Assembly: GCF_009914755.1 (NCBI RefSeq)
Contig: NC_060937.1
Strand: one strand, 5' to 3'
Source of the DNA: the human T2T-CHM13v2.0 reference genome, Homo sapiens
Length of the DNA: 64,000 nucleotides
Shown here in pieces: positions 24,100 through 39,734 of the stretch (the first letter of the stretch is position 1; each line of letters starts with the position of its first letter). Made by a program: the position numbers and the translations under genes. The notes below the pieces were generated by a model. It was not told the DNA's origin and made no database searches. It saw nothing but the letters and a program-made list of their open reading frames with translations.

Positions 24100-24884
24100 T
24101 GTGATTTCTGCATTACAATGCACGCGGTAGGGTTTGCGACACCATGCTTTCCTGGACTTCCTCATGTTTTGGTGGCTCCTCTGTATAAGTTTCTCTTACT
24201 GGCTCTTTCTCTTTCTCTAACTGATGTCTAAACACAAGAGAGTCCTATAATGCATTTCAGGCACTCCTTCTCTACGCTCCAACTCTTGATGACCTCATCT
24301 GGTATGGCTTTAATTACCATCAACATGCTGATGACTGTCTAATTTATCTTTCAAATCCTGACCTCTCTGGGGTCCAGCTGTCTTATGTTATCTCCACTTG
24401 AAATTCTAATATGCAGCTCAAATGTAATATGTCCAAAATTGAACTTCTGATTCGTATCCATCCCTACCCCAGCTGGCAATCTTTCCTGTTGTAGTAAATG
24501 GTACCAGCCACCACCCAGTGACTCAAAGGAGAAGTCTAGGCTCCCTCCCTTTTCCTTACTCCTACCTCAAATCCATCAACCACACATGTTATTTATATCT
24601 TTCAGATAATTCCTCAAAATGTCCATGTCCTCTGACTATAAATGCCAACACACTAACGCAAGCCTCTCTCATTTCTCACCTTGATTACTGCAGTAGTTAA
24701 CTGACTTCTATACTTTTCTTTTCTCACTATAACTCATGTTTCACATAGTAGTCAGAAAGATCTTACAAAAGTACAAATGAGGTTAAGCCTTTTCCTTTGC
24801 TAAAAACCTTCTGAAGAATTAACATTGTATTTAGAAAAAAAGGTCCAAGGTCCAGGTCATAGACTGCAAGGCCCTAAATGATCT

Positions 24885-25643
<759 letters not shown>

Positions 25644-26082
25644 GCTGCCTGCTGTCCTTGCCTCATCCCACCCCTGCACTCATGCCGTGATGCCACCCTG
25701 GCCTCCTTTTCATTCCAAAGCTTAGTCTCATCTTGAGGCCTTTGAACTTGCTCTCCTCATTATGTCTGAAAGCTTTCCAGGACTTCCTCCTTTATATCCG
25801 TATGTTTCTGCTCCACTACTTAACCTCTGATATTGGTTCTACATGTTCACAGTAAGTCCCTGGTTTGGGTATATGTAGAAAGTGTTTGTTGCATTTACTG
25901 TTGTCACCCATTTCTATACTTAAGGAAGTCAAAGAGAGGTGTGTATATTTGAAGCATCTTTAAACAGTAAGATTAAGTTGGTTCCAACTGTGGGTCAGAT
26001 AAGATGGAGGATTTGTGGGTATAGGGAGTATGCAGCCCACAAATTTCCCCAGGATCCGTTTTCTTGCCTTTAAAAACCAATG

Positions 26083-26400
26083 CGCCAGGCACAGTGGCTC
26101 ACGCCTGGAATCCAAGCACTTTGGGAGGCTGAGGTGGTTGAATCACTCGAGGTCAGGGGTTCAAGACCAGTCTGACCAACATGGTGAAACCCCGTCTCTA
26201 CAAAAATACAAAAGATTAACTGGGCGTGGTGGCACGTGCCTGTAATCCCAGCTACTCTGGAGGCTGAGGCAGAAGAATCGCTTGAACCTTGGGGCGGATG
26301 TTGCAGTGAGCCAAGATCATGCCATTGCACTCTAGACTGGGTGAGAGAGCAAGACTCCATCCCCAAAACAAAAAAAACAAAAAACAAAAACAAGAAAAAC
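26083..26400 (+). mobile_element. AluS (Sx/Sz-like) with A/C-patterned tail
   Basis: Full dimer; tail of (AAAAAC)-like units; TSD aaaaaccaatg / aaaaaccagtg. Confidence 0.93.
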
Positions 26401-26999
26401 CAGTGGCAGCAAATACCCTCCCACTGTGGTAATGATGGAGAGATAAAGAGCTTCCATACAATGTCCCCACAGAGGGGATTTCCCATGTGAAGGGCGCCAG
26501 CACTTCCAGAGAGCATACATAGGAAGACATTTTGTAAGTAATAAAACAGGTTGCACAGGATTTCTAAACTCTGAAGAATTATTGGTGGAGAATGTAATGA
26601 TTCTCTAATTTGGATTAAAAGTTCAGATTCGAGGATATTGCAGTTCCAGAGCAGAGGTCACAGGGCTTCAAGATGAGCTTGTAAACACTGGTCACTAATT
26701 ATGCGGAACTCTGATAAGGAATAAAGAATATCCGCATGGTTCTGAATATGGGTTCTCCCTCCACCACACTGTAACATTTACTAGTTCCCAGTAATAAAAA
26801 ATTGGAAATGAGCATATAACCAAGCTGTATATTATTTGTAGTTTGTGATGCATATTTGTGTGATTAGGATTAACTAATTCAGCAAACTATAGTTCTCATT
26901 TTATAGGTTTCTGTGGTTATTCTTTTGGAATACTTTGTAAATGCTTAAAGAACTTCTTCAAGTAGTATGTAGGTAAATATCAAAACTAAGTTACCCCTG

Positions 27000-27204
<205 letters not shown>

Positions 27205-27512
27205 AAGCTTAGTATCTGGTGTCCCCTTCAGTGGTAAAGAAGGAATTCTAACATAACCTGTCTATCCATTTTAGGAATAAAAATTAACCTCTTTTTGGTG
27301 GATTCACAAATGTTTGTATGTCTCACGTACCCACAACCTCTCCCAACAATGGCTCACCACAGCAATGACTTACTCTGGAAGATTTTCTCTGGCTACATGG
27401 AAGCACTCTGGCTCTGTGACTTCAACACAGTAGCAATTCTTGCTCAGGGCTCCACCTACCTGTTGGACATGCATTTCAGAACTGAATGGGCCAATGTGCT
27501 CCAGCTCAGTAA

Positions 27513-27864
<352 letters not shown>

Positions 27865-29430
27865 CAGTTTCTTAATGATAAGGCTCGGCACCCTGGTCAT
27901 GTTTGTGTTCATAACAGAATCGTTCATTTACACTTTCATAAATGTGCATTCACTCTTCTTATTTAGTTTGTTCCCCTCAACAACTGGGTATGGACTTTAC
28001 CTTCTTTAGCTAATCTAGAACCAGATGTGGCTTAGGACTGAGCTGGTACTGGAAACTAAGCACCTTGGACTCAGGTTGCTCCCAAATTGGTCCTGAATCT
28101 GGAGAATGGGTAGAATATCAGACAACCTGTGCTCTAATAGACTGGCAACTGATTTGTTCATACCTACTGCAAACTTCATTCTGGGGAGAGCTGACTATCT
28201 TAATACAACCCAGTAGATTTAGATAAAATCTTATGGCCATTTTTAAGACCAGGCATCTTGGGCATGGAAATGTTAAGAAATAAGTTAAGGGTACATAGAC
28301 CTAGTAAATGGTAGAACGAGGCCCAATGGAAGAGGGTAGCACCCATCAGGTGGAACTGTATATACATATCCAGGCCCCCTTTTCCAGCTGCCAAGAACCA
28401 TGGGTCCAGTGTTGGCAAGTACCCAATGTATTTACTGTTACCTTTAAATTTACAGGCCGTGAAATATCTGTGAGGAGCCAAGATAAAAGGGAAGTTCTTA
28501 TCACCAACATCTCAGCAGGTTGTTAACAGCCAAAGTCCACAGATAAGAACAATACAAATGAAAGAAAGAAAAACCTAGAATTTTAAAGATAAAAAGTGGT
28601 TTGATACGACCAGGTGTAATAACAAATTCTTTGTGAAAAATAATGTTTTACCATATTTTAAAACTGGAATATGTAAAAATGCAGAATTATTTTTATTATA
28701 AATCTGCTACCTCTAGGAGTCCCCTTTAGGAAACCACGTAGTGAGCTTCCTCCTGGGTGTGCAATAGATTTGCTCCACTATGAAACTGTATTCACCATTC
28801 TGGTATAGATGGCAGCTCCTCAGGCATCAACCCTCAGGAGGGCAAATTTTCTTTGCTTTCTGTTTCTACGTTCTGTTTTCCTTACCAACTCTCTCGCTAT
28901 TTTTTTTCTGATTCCTGCTTAAAGAGTAAGTTAAAGCAAACTTAAATCATGTAGCTCAATTTAAAATAAGCAATGTTATATCCTCAAAAGCTTTTAAAGA
29001 AAAATTTCTGCCTTTGAGAAATACGAAACTAAAGGCCCCCTTTTATTATTATAATTTCAGTCCTTTCATTTGTTTTGTCTCTTTGCAGTTGTTACTCGAG
29101 ATTTTAAATATGTCTGTGTGGAACCAATACTTTTAATTTTTAAAGATAAGCACAAAAATGTTACATTTGATTGACTTGTGAGTTGAGTTGTCCTTCTTAA
29201 GCCACAGACATCTTAAAATTCCTTTATGCCTAACAATTCTAAATGCTCAGAGTAGATCACAAGCATTGACATAAAGATACAAGTAAATTTCTATGCATGT
29301 GTATAAATTCATTTTAAGGTTCTATATGTTTCTCCTTTTCAGGATAATTTGAGGATCATTTTCTGCTATTTTTCTAGAATATTTAAACCCAGATCCAGAA
29401 TGTAAAATAAGAATTTATTTTCTCTTTATT

Positions 29431-32400
29431 TTACGCCATATGCAAAAATCAACTCAAAATGGATTAAAGGCAAATGTAACACCCGAAAGTGTGAAACCCC
29501 TAGAAGAAAACACAGGAGGAAAGGAAGCTTTAGGACATTGTTGCTGGTGATGATTTCTTGTATAACAACAGAACCACAGGGAACAAAAGCAAAATGAATA
29601 AGTGGGTCTACATCTAACTAAAACGCTTCTGCACAGCCAAAAAACAAATCAACAGAATGAAAAGGAAACCTCAATGGGCGATAATATTTGAGAACCATAT
29701 ATCTGCTAAGGGGTTAGTATCCAAAATACATAAGGAACTCAGTTAAATAGCAAAAAACCAAAAAACCTAATTTAAAAATGAACAATGGACTTAAATAGAC
29801 ATTTTTCCAAAGAAGACATACAAATAGCCAACAGGTATATGAATAAATGCTCAACATCGCTAATAATCAGGAAAATGCAAATTAAAACCACAATGCAATA
29901 TCAGCTCACATTTGTTAGAATGACTATTATCAACACAAAAATAACAAGTGTTGGCCTGAATGTGGAGAAAAGGGAACCCTTGCATGTTGTTAGTAGGAAT
30001 GTATATTAGTCCACTTATTATGGAAAATAGGATGGAGTTCCCTCAAAAAATTAAAAATAGAACTACCCAATGATCCAGCAATCCCACTACTGGATCTATA
30101 TCCAAAAGAATTAAAATCAGGATCTCAGAGAAATATCTGCACTCCTATATTCCTTGCAGCATTATTCACAAGAGCCAAGATATGGAACCTACCTAAATGG
30201 CATTTAATAGATGAATGGATAAAGAAAAAGTGGTGTATTTATGCAATGGAATACTATTCATCCTTTAAAAAGGATATCCTGTCATATGCAACAAGATAGA
30301 TGAACTTGGAGACATTATGTTAAGTGAAATAAGCCAGGAACAGAAAGAAAAATAATACCACCGGATCTCACTTATATGTAGAATCTAAAATAGTTGAACT
30401 CATAAAGCAGAGAGTAGAATGGTGGTTGCCAGGGCTGGTAAGGAAGGAAATGAGAGTTTTAGTTCAATGGGTATAAAATTCTAGTTATGAAAAATGAATA
30501 GGTTTTAGAGATCTGCTGTACAACATAATGTCTATAGTTAATAATGCCTTATTGTGCATTTCAAATTGTTGAGGGTAGATCTTATGTTAAGTGTTCTTAA
30601 CACCCACACAGAAACACTCACACACTTACAAAGGGGCAAGAGGGAACTGTTGGAAGTAATAGGTACGATTTTTCCTTTGGCCAACATATTCCCAACCTCT
30701 CCTACCCCTAGGCCCTGGTAACTACCATTTCTACACTCTGCTTCTATGAATTCAACTATTTTAGATTCCACATAGAAGTGAGACCATATGGTGTTTGTCT
30801 TTCTGTGCCTGGCTTATTTCACTTAACACAATGTCCCCAGGTTGATATGTGTTGTTGCATATGGCAGAATATCCTTTTTATTTAAGGATGAATAGCATTC
30901 AATTGTATACATGCAACACATTAAAAAAATTATCTGCCAATGTCTATTCAAGAGGTTTCCATGTCTTGGCTATTGTGAATAGTGCTACAATGAACACAGA
31001 AGTGCAGATGTCTTTTTGAGATCCTGATTTCAATTATTTTTGATATAGATCCAGCAGTGGGACTCCTGGATTATGTGGTAGTTCTATTTTTAATTTTTTT
31101 CAGAAACCTCCATACTGTTTTCCTTAATGGCTATACAAACTTACATTCCACCAACAGTGTATAAGAGTTTCCTTTTCTCTGCATCCTTGCCAGCATCTAT
31201 TATTTTTTGTCTTTTTGATAATAGCCATTCTAACTGGAATGAAATGATACCTCATTTGTGGTTTTGATTTGCATTTCCCTAATGATTAGTGATATTAAGC
31301 ATTTTTTCCTATACCTGTTGGCCATTTGTATGTTTTCTTCTGATAAACATCTATTCAGGAACTTCCTATTTTTACATTGGGTTTCTTTTTTTCTCACTAT
31401 TGAGTTGTTTGAGTTTCTTTTATATTTTGAATATTAACCTCTCATCAGACGTATGGTTTGTAAATATTTTCTCCCATTCCATAAGTTGTCTCTTCAGCTC
31501 TTCACCCTTGATTGCTTTTTAAATTTTGTTTTGTTTATTGCTATGCAGAAGCTTTTCAGTTTGATGTAATTCTGTTTATTTCATATGTTTTGCCTGTGCT
31601 TTTGGAGTCATATTCAAAAATCATTGCCCAGACCAATGTCGTGTAGAATTTTCCTGTAGGTTTTATTTTAGTCATTTTATACTTTCAGCTCTTAGATTTA
31701 GGCTTTAATATATTTTGAGTTGATTTTTGTATATGATGTGAGATAAAGGTCTAATTTCATCCTTCTGCAGGTGGATATTCAGTTGTTTCAACACCATTTG
31801 TTGAAGAATGTCCTTTTCCTATAGAGTAGTCTTGGCACCTTTGTCAAAAATCAATTGATCATAAATTTATGGATTTATTTCTGGACTATTTATTCTATTC
31901 CATTGGCCCACGTTATGTTTTTATGCCAATACTATGCTGTTTGGGTTACTATAGCTTTTTAGTATATTTTGAAGTTAAGTACTGTGATGTGTCTAGCTTT
32001 GATCTTTTTGCTCAAGATTGCTTTGAATATTCAGGATGTTTTGTGGTTCCATACAAGTTTTAGAATTGTTTTCTCTATTTCTGTGAAAAATGTCACTTGA
32101 ATTTTGATAGAGATTGCATTGAATCTCTACATCACTTTGGCTAGTATGAAAATTTTCACAATATTCTTGTAATTCATGAACATGAGATATATTTACATTT
32201 ATTTTTGTATTCTTCAATTTCTTTCATCTATGTTTTATAGTTTTTAGTGTACAGATTTTTCACCTTCTTGGTTGAATTTATTCCTAAGTATTTTTTTTGT
32301 AATTCTTAAATGTAGTTTTCTTGATTTCTTTTTCAAATAGTTTATTGTTAGTGTATACAAACTATTGATTTTTATATGTTGATTTTGTATCTTGCCACCT

Positions 32401-32738
32401 CACTGAATTTGTTTATTAGTCTTAATAGTTTTTTGGTGATGTTTTTAGGGTTTTCTATATGTAAGATGATGTTGTCTCCAAACGGGCGATTCGTTAACTT
32501 CTTCCTTTCCAATTTGGATGACATTTATATCTTTCTCTTGTTTAATTGTTGTGGCTACAATATCTAGTACCACATTAAATAGAAGACAAGTAGCAAGAGT
32601 GGACATTAGAATATTTATTTTTACCTTGATTGTAGTGATGGTTTTAAGTGTATATGCATATGTTCAAACCCATCAAATCTTATAAATTAAATACGTAGTT
32701 TTTGTGTATCAGTTATATTTAATAAAACTGCTGCAAAA
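29431..32738 (+). mobile_element. L1MA/MB 3' portion split by an antisense L1 (pieces ~29431-30668 and ~32611-32738)
   Basis: ORF2 C-terminus '[36 protein letters not shown]'; the 3' UTR breaks at 'tgttggaagtaataggta' and resumes at 'ttaccttgattgtagtgatggttt...aataaaactg'. Confidence 0.88.
30670..32607 (-). mobile_element. L1MA-type fragment (ORF2 3' half plus part of the 3' UTR) nested in the older L1
   Basis: 'ccctggtaactaccatt...ttagattccacatagaagtgagacc...ttgatttgcatttccctaatgattagtgat...gcaagagtggacat'. Confidence 0.9.
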
Positions 32739-33049
32739 AGAATTTGTTATTCATCAAGAACTTTACTACAAGAAGGAAGAAAAGTGGCTAAGGAACAACT
32801 ACACCATCTTACTGAACACACTGACGTTATGGGATTCCTTTTATAAGGATAGTCTTAAAATTACAGAATTACTTTATACCTAAACTCAAACATAGGCTCT
32901 TCTGAGAATTGCCTTTAGTCAGCAGGACCTTAAGATACTCAGGTAGAGAGATGAGACCTTAAAGTTTTGATGGTGGAGGAGGGCAGGCCTTTGTGATCTG
33001 TAGTTAGCAAATATTATTGGGGCTAATGACATATAATTGAAGGGTGTCA

Positions 33050-33111
33050 GAGTATCTATTTGGACAACAATTAAAGTCCTGAGTATCCACCTGGACAACA
33101 ATTAAAGACCT
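33050..33111. repeat. 31-bp tandem duplication
   Basis: gagtatctatttggacaacaattaaagtcct / gagtatccacctggacaacaattaaagacct. Confidence 0.85.
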
Positions 33112-33632
33112 ATCATTTTCTGAAGGCTTTTACTTTCTTCCTTTTAAATATCAACATGTAATATAAAGGGGCTGATTTCTTCATCACTATACATGGCTAA
33201 GTCTGTGAGAAGGGAAGGGAAATAATAACTTCATTTTAATATTATCTGGCTTAATAATGATTATATTTCCCTTTCTCCTTATGACTAATGCCCTTAATGT
33301 AATATTAAAGCATTATTTGAGTAGCAAAGCTAGCAGATGATCATAGTAATGAGACTGATAATGATGATGATTTTGATGATGATGACTATAAAGGTATTTT
33401 AATTTTGCTGTGGACTCTCAAATAATTGGTTTGGGTTTGAGGACTGTAAGGAGAATACCTAAAAGAAAAACTAGTTAAGCCATGTGAGTAGGTTTATCTG
33501 AGGACCCTGACAGACATTGTCATTATCAATGTGTAGCATTAAACCACTGATACAAAAGAGGGAATCATATATTCTGATGTCAAAGTGGTGACTGTTCCCA
33601 TACCATGGTTATTCCTTAATCACATAGAAAGT

Positions 33633-33988
33633 TGTATTAGTTCATTTTCATACTGCTATAAAGAGCTTCCTGAGACTGGGTAGTTTACAAAAAAATGAGG
33701 TTTAATTGACTCACAGTTCCACATGGCAGAGGAGGCCTCAGAAAACTTAGAATCCTGGTGGAAGGGGAAGCAGGCACATCTTACATGGTGGCAGGTGAGA
33801 AAGAGAGCATGTGTGAGCGCAGGAGAAACTACCTTCTATGAACCCGTCAGATCTCATGAGAATTCACTCACTATCACAAGAGCATAATGGGAAAACACTG
33901 CCATAATCCAATCACTTCCTTCCCTTGACATGGGGGGATTACAATTGGAGGTGAGATTTGGATGAGGACACAGAGCAATACCATATCA
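33633..33988 (-). mobile_element. THE1D/MSTA-like solo LTR
   Basis: 'tgtattagttcattttcatactgctataaag...gacacagagcaataccatatca'; TSD AAAGT/AAGGT. Confidence 0.93.
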
Positions 33989-36694
33989 AAGGTCATGTAA
34001 GCATAACTCTCTAGTTCCTCATTTTGTCTTCATGACTTTGTCCTTTTTCTTCTGCCCTTTTATTTCTCTAAATTTGTACAGTGATTTTCAAATACCTTTA
34101 ATATATGTAATTCCATGTGATCTCAACCACTCAGCGCATTTGGTCAAGTTCACACAGTTGTAACTCAAATTGTGATTCAAATACAGAATTATTTCCACTT
34201 TACCATAGTGTACTTCTCAATTTTGGATTGAGTAAGCTACATATTTTACTTTTGTTTAAGTCTTGGTTAGGAAGTTACTTAAAATGCCTAATATCTAATT
34301 TGTTGTTCTTTATTTCTGTACAATGGTACTAGTCTAGACTTCTGTCTGTGCATACATGAACACTTATTAAATTGAGATATAGTGTTTTTGGTTGTAACTG
34401 AATCTCTTTGCTTTAATGTATATATTTCTGAGGTGCATCTGCTGTAAATTAAGTGATACATTCATAAGAATTAAGAAAAGTAAAAATCATTTCCCCTTAA
34501 GAAATTAAAATATTACCAGCTGAACTTTTTGACCTATCCATAAACCAACTTTACCCTCATGTATTCTACTTCTCAGTTTACAAACACTCTAGAGATTGTA
34601 GCCCTCCCAGATCAGTCCTAACTGGGGGTCCCAAGGGTCTTTTTGGACACCTCATGCTTTGGAAACATGATTCATGTTGCTAAATTTCAAATTGTTATTT
34701 CATCATGTGTCTCACAAAATATTACCTTATCCCGTGACTCACTATTGTCAGTTGGAGGTTACCTCAGATTTAAATTATTTTCATGCAGGCAAGGCTTTTG
34801 CTTTCATAATTTTTCTCAACTTAAGCAGCTTAGAAAGGTCCAGATGGAAATGAACATATTGAACACTTAAAAAGAAATGTTTGTATTGTTTATGCAGGAA
34901 GTAAGTCTCATTTCTTAATACACAGAGAAGGTTGTTTCCCTTTTTATTAGAAGTTCCAAGTGAAATAAAATCTTGGACATCTGCATTTCCCTGCAATAGT
35001 TAAGCTTATGCAGCAGATACTTTGGTTTTAATTATTTATGGATGAGCCATGTGAAATGCCTGCCAAAGGTAGCAAAGGGAAAATAATGGCTGGTATTACA
35101 CAACTGACCTTGAATCCAGCCCTGATTGAAATTAATTACCCAAAGTTTGAAAATCTCAGCTTCTTATATTGTTGGTAATGTCCTTCTCTGGTGATAATGA
35201 ATAGCACCACTGTCTTACCATGAGCTTTACTTATCACAAGTATTTCTTTCACAGTATTTGATATATCTGATCTTTGCAGAGAAAACAGTATTAATTGACT
35301 TGTTTTTTTTTTTCTAATTCCTGCATACTGTGTTACTCTAATATTCATCCCTTGGCATTCCATTAAATCCAGATGTTATTTTATAGAATGATTGTTTATA
35401 AAAACTGCCTCAATTTCGGACTGACCTCTAGAATATTTTGCCACACAGAAGGTACTAACAAATTATTTCACATCTTTTCTTTGTATTTCCATGTTGTCAG
35501 TCTAGGGTGCATTAGATGTGAACAACTGGATGGGGAAAATTATTGTTTCTGTTAATTCTAATTAGCTGTCAGTCTTCCAAGGAAAGGGTGTTTTGGTCTG
35601 AATGGGAGTGGTGTTAACTCATGAGTGTATAATCCCATCTTTAGAAAACATTTGCTCTGAAGGCACAGTAGCTTTTCCTATTATTTTAAAAGGCTGATTT
35701 AGTTTTTATGTACTTGAATTTCAACAAAGATGTTGCCTCCAGCATTCCAGGTGCGGTTCCCCCTCAGTCTCTGGATGGGTGCATACTTTGGATGGTCATA
35801 TCGTTGGTAGCTGGGGGCAAAGGTTCTGAGAGAGGAAACCTCACTGACAGAAAAATGAAAAGCACCACATTGGATTGCTGAGAAAATTCATTTACAATAA
35901 ACAGTAATTAAACACGGATTATTAGGGTGGCACATTTACGATGTGCACGTAGAAGTTGTGTCAACACCTTATAAAGTCCAGAAAGTAATTCAGCTGAAAC
36001 ATTTGCTCTGGGCTGAAGAAAAAGGTTCTATTCTAAGGAAGAAGTAGGTTTGTTGTTTGTTGTACTGAAAAACTCTTTGTAATAGTCCTTTTGGTTTTAA
36101 CCATTTAACACACCTTTCCCAGGGTTTAATGTCATATAGTGCTATGAAGTCTAAGAGATTATTCCTCATTATTGAGCCTTTCTCATAACTGATTTTATTC
36201 TCCTTCTAAAGCCATCATTTGAAATACACATGGTAACTTAAGTTTTGTTTTCTGAATACAAGTCTCAGCAATATGACAGCTCTTAAAAACCAACGTTGGG
36301 AAGGTTGGCTCTCCCTTGGTCATTGTCACCGACCTCTGCTGGTTGCTTCATCCTTACAATCTACTGGCCTCATCTGTCACTTGGGATGGGTCACCTCAGC
36401 CTCAGGCAAAAGTAATTAGGTTTCCCCTGATGCTCAGTGTCTACTCAACCATGCCCTTTATGTTCCTTAATAACCTTGTTGAAACTAAACTCTTTCATAT
36501 TTTACCTTCTCAGAGTTGACTTGATGAATGAGTGCCCTCTAATGTATTAATGGATAGGAAGTAGGAAGACAGCCTCCTTTTCAATATATCAATATTTATT
36601 TGGCCTTCTGAAAGAACTTCTGCTTACAAAATAGATCTCTAATAGCAAGTTTCAACAAGGAAAGGAAAGAAAACCAGCACAATGATTGTTGGGT

Positions 36695-36750
36695 AGGGAG
36701 TGGTGGGAGGGTAGTGTCAGACAGGGAGTAGTTGGAGGGTAGTGTCAGAT
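36695..36750. repeat. 28-bp G-rich tandem duplication
   Basis: agggagtggtgggagggtagtgtcagac / agggagtagttggagggtagtgtcagat. Confidence 0.85.
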
Positions 36751-38204
36751 TAGCCTTGTTTGCCTCTTTCAGATTATGTTCTCTTTTTGGACGTTTTATA
36801 TAAGTTACACATTACACTTTGTGTGAATGGTATAAGATTTCACTTAAAATGACTTCAAAAAAAAGTAAGTGGAAGTTAGAACGTCATAAGAGAGAGGACT
36901 ATATCTGCCTATAAAAGTATCAACACCAATTTCTAGAATGTAATTTAGAACCTATAAAAATATTTTCCTCCTTTATTGTTCTAATATCACCCAGTTAAAG
37001 GAACTAATAACTATGTATAGCCAAAGATCTGTCTAATTCAGATTTACTATGTAAATAAGTACGATTGATATTTTATTTAACTTAATAAAATTGATTGGGA
37101 ATATAAAGGTGATTAAGACAGCAAATTTGTCTTCAAAAAGGTATTTAGATAGTAAAACCTACTACTACTAGATTTATTATTCAAAAACCCATATTACGTC
37201 CTATTAAGTAAATCAGATTTAAGTAGCCGTAGGTATAAATAACAAGAACATTCATCTTAAAGAAATATCCTATGCACAAGTAATCCATGATGATTGTTGG
37301 AACTCTCAGTTCTCTGTGGTCTTGCCTTGATTTGAAAAATGAGCCACATTTGTTTTAAGTTTAAATTGGAGTGAATTATCATGTATATGGGCCATTTTTT
37401 AAGAGAGAGAATTCCAGAAGATAGAAAAAGCTGACACTTGAAGAGAGAGAGAGATATGATAAGTCTCTCCCTACTTCTGTCTCCCAAACAGGACATTAAT
37501 GTTTAAAAGTTCTGTGGAATAGCTTGTTAGTACAGGGCGGGGCAGTGATATGCCTGAACTGTGGGTGAGGGGTTGGGGGATAGAGAAATCTCAACTGGCA
37601 AATTTAGAGAGGATGAGGATGAAGATTTATATTTTCTCTGATTTTTATGGAAAGAGAAAACAAGTTTTTGCTGTATAGAACATTGATGAGGAAATGAATA
37701 GACTCTCAGTAACAGAGGCTCCCCCAGGAAAAAGATGTAGGGTAAATGACAAATGCAGACACCTGAGGAAAGCGGTGCACAAATAGCTCAAGTCCGATGA
37801 CATTTGATAGTGGAGAGGTTGGCCCAGGCAGCTTCAGAGGCCCCATGGGCTTAAATTGGAGGATTCTCTGCTTTTTGTCTTTTTTCAAATAATTTAAAAT
37901 AATATTTATGGGCCATTCAACAATGTTATGAGGCTCTGCAAATTCATGTTGAAGATCAAAATTTTCTAATTCATTTTCTAATATTTAAATTTTTCTTCCA
38001 GAAATCTTTCTAATTGAATAGCTCTGTGATGCCCAGAAAAATAAATTTGCTATGATTCTTAGCTGGAGTCTAGACAAAGATAAACAGGGTTCTGACATCA
38101 TTTCTTGTCAGCTTTCATGTAAATAAAATTAGCATTTCTCCTGATGGGGGCATCTTCAAACCAAGGGTTACATGTGTGGATTGCTTGTTCATGAGAATGT
38201 AAAT

Positions 38205-38300
38205 CATAGGGTAGCATGGTGGAAATTGCCTGAATATGGTAGTCAGACAGATCTCAGTTGAAATTCAAGTTCAATAAGTTACTAATTGTGTAACTTTCAT
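38205..38300 (+). mobile_element. MIR fragment
   Basis: 'tagcatggtggaaa...gtcagacagatctcagttgaaattcaag...ttactaattgtgtaactt'. Confidence 0.6.
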
Positions 38301-39734
38301 AAATTGCCACAAGAGATATGTTTGTGATATTTCCATTCCATTTTTCTTTGGCAAACTAAGAATAACTGCATGATTTCCTTCTCTATGACACTAGATTGGC
38401 TTCTTCTTCAATTTACTTGAGCCAATGTTTAAGTAAACTTTTTGCCTGGAAAAATTGCAGCCAGCAAACTAATTCAGTTACTGTTCAGAATAAATATACA
38501 GGTAAATTCTACTATATCAATTTCACAATTTATCAGAACACCCAAAGGGATTAACCAGGATTGCTCCTGAATATATTCCATTGCTTCCAAAACTCATAGT
38601 CATTGAGTTTATTTCTTCAGGAAACAAAGCCAGTGGGTGAAGAGAACAAAGAATAAAATTTTATTTACATACAAATAATTTTTGCCTTTACTAACAATCT
38701 TATATCGCTAAGAATACACCTTGGTATAACTTGTATTCCTTATTACATCATTCATTATGCTTGGAGAAATTTTACTGCGTACTGCTGGGTTATTCTTTGT
38801 TCTTTTCTACATTCATTTGGTTTCTGTGCTTAAAAGTTTTCTGAATAATACATCAAGGAAGAAGTATATATTAAATAAAGGGAAAACAGCAAAATAATAT
38901 AAAATACATATTTTTAGTGACATTATTTTATGCATCATAAATAATATATATTTGGTATTAGTGTTAAAGTGCAAAAGAAGGAAGAGTATTAGAAACTTAT
39001 GACTGAAAATATAAATTTCCTAGTATGAAACTATTGTCTATAGGCTAAGATTTCTCAAATGACAAACACAATAAGGAGCTAAAACTATACAAAAATTGCA
39101 AAATTCGGTAGTTTTAGAGCATAGGTTAAACAGAGAATAAATAATATTCATGTGGCTTCCATTCATAATGAAGAGCTCATCTATGTGTGTTTATGAGCGT
39201 GAGAACGAAAATCCAGTTAACCATACGGTTCCTTATTCAAATTGAACCACATTGCTCTTTTGAATGGTTATTTTAATGCATCAGCTTTCATGAATTCTGT
39301 TCAGAGTAGGACATCAAATACATAGCTAACTCTTCCCCTTGTAAGTTCATCAGAAGATCCATCAATAGCAAACACAATGAAAGGGTTACTAGTATTTTGA
39401 CTAGAGGACAATATAAATCTTTTAATGGCAAACTCTTTAGGATTTAAATTGATATGAAAAGTTTTCTATGTATCAAGCAACAGAGACCTGTGCAGGTTAA
39501 AATATCACAGCCTTCCAGTCATGTCAATCTATATGTCAAAATGTCTTCTTGGTGGATTATAGATTATATCCCACATCTGGAGCTGTTGTGGTAATAAGAA
39601 TACTGTTACAGCATGATTTGAAGTCTGAAAAACATGTATAAGTGTTATTAGGAGGGGCACTGATTTCTCACTTGTCTTTGATCTAAAATATATTGTACTC
39701 AAAAGTGATAATATCCATCCCCATATTGGTTTTG

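Noticed and set aside
26701-26737. Inverted 7-mer ATGCGGA...TCCGCAT
   Set aside because: Stem too short to be significant in 64 kb.
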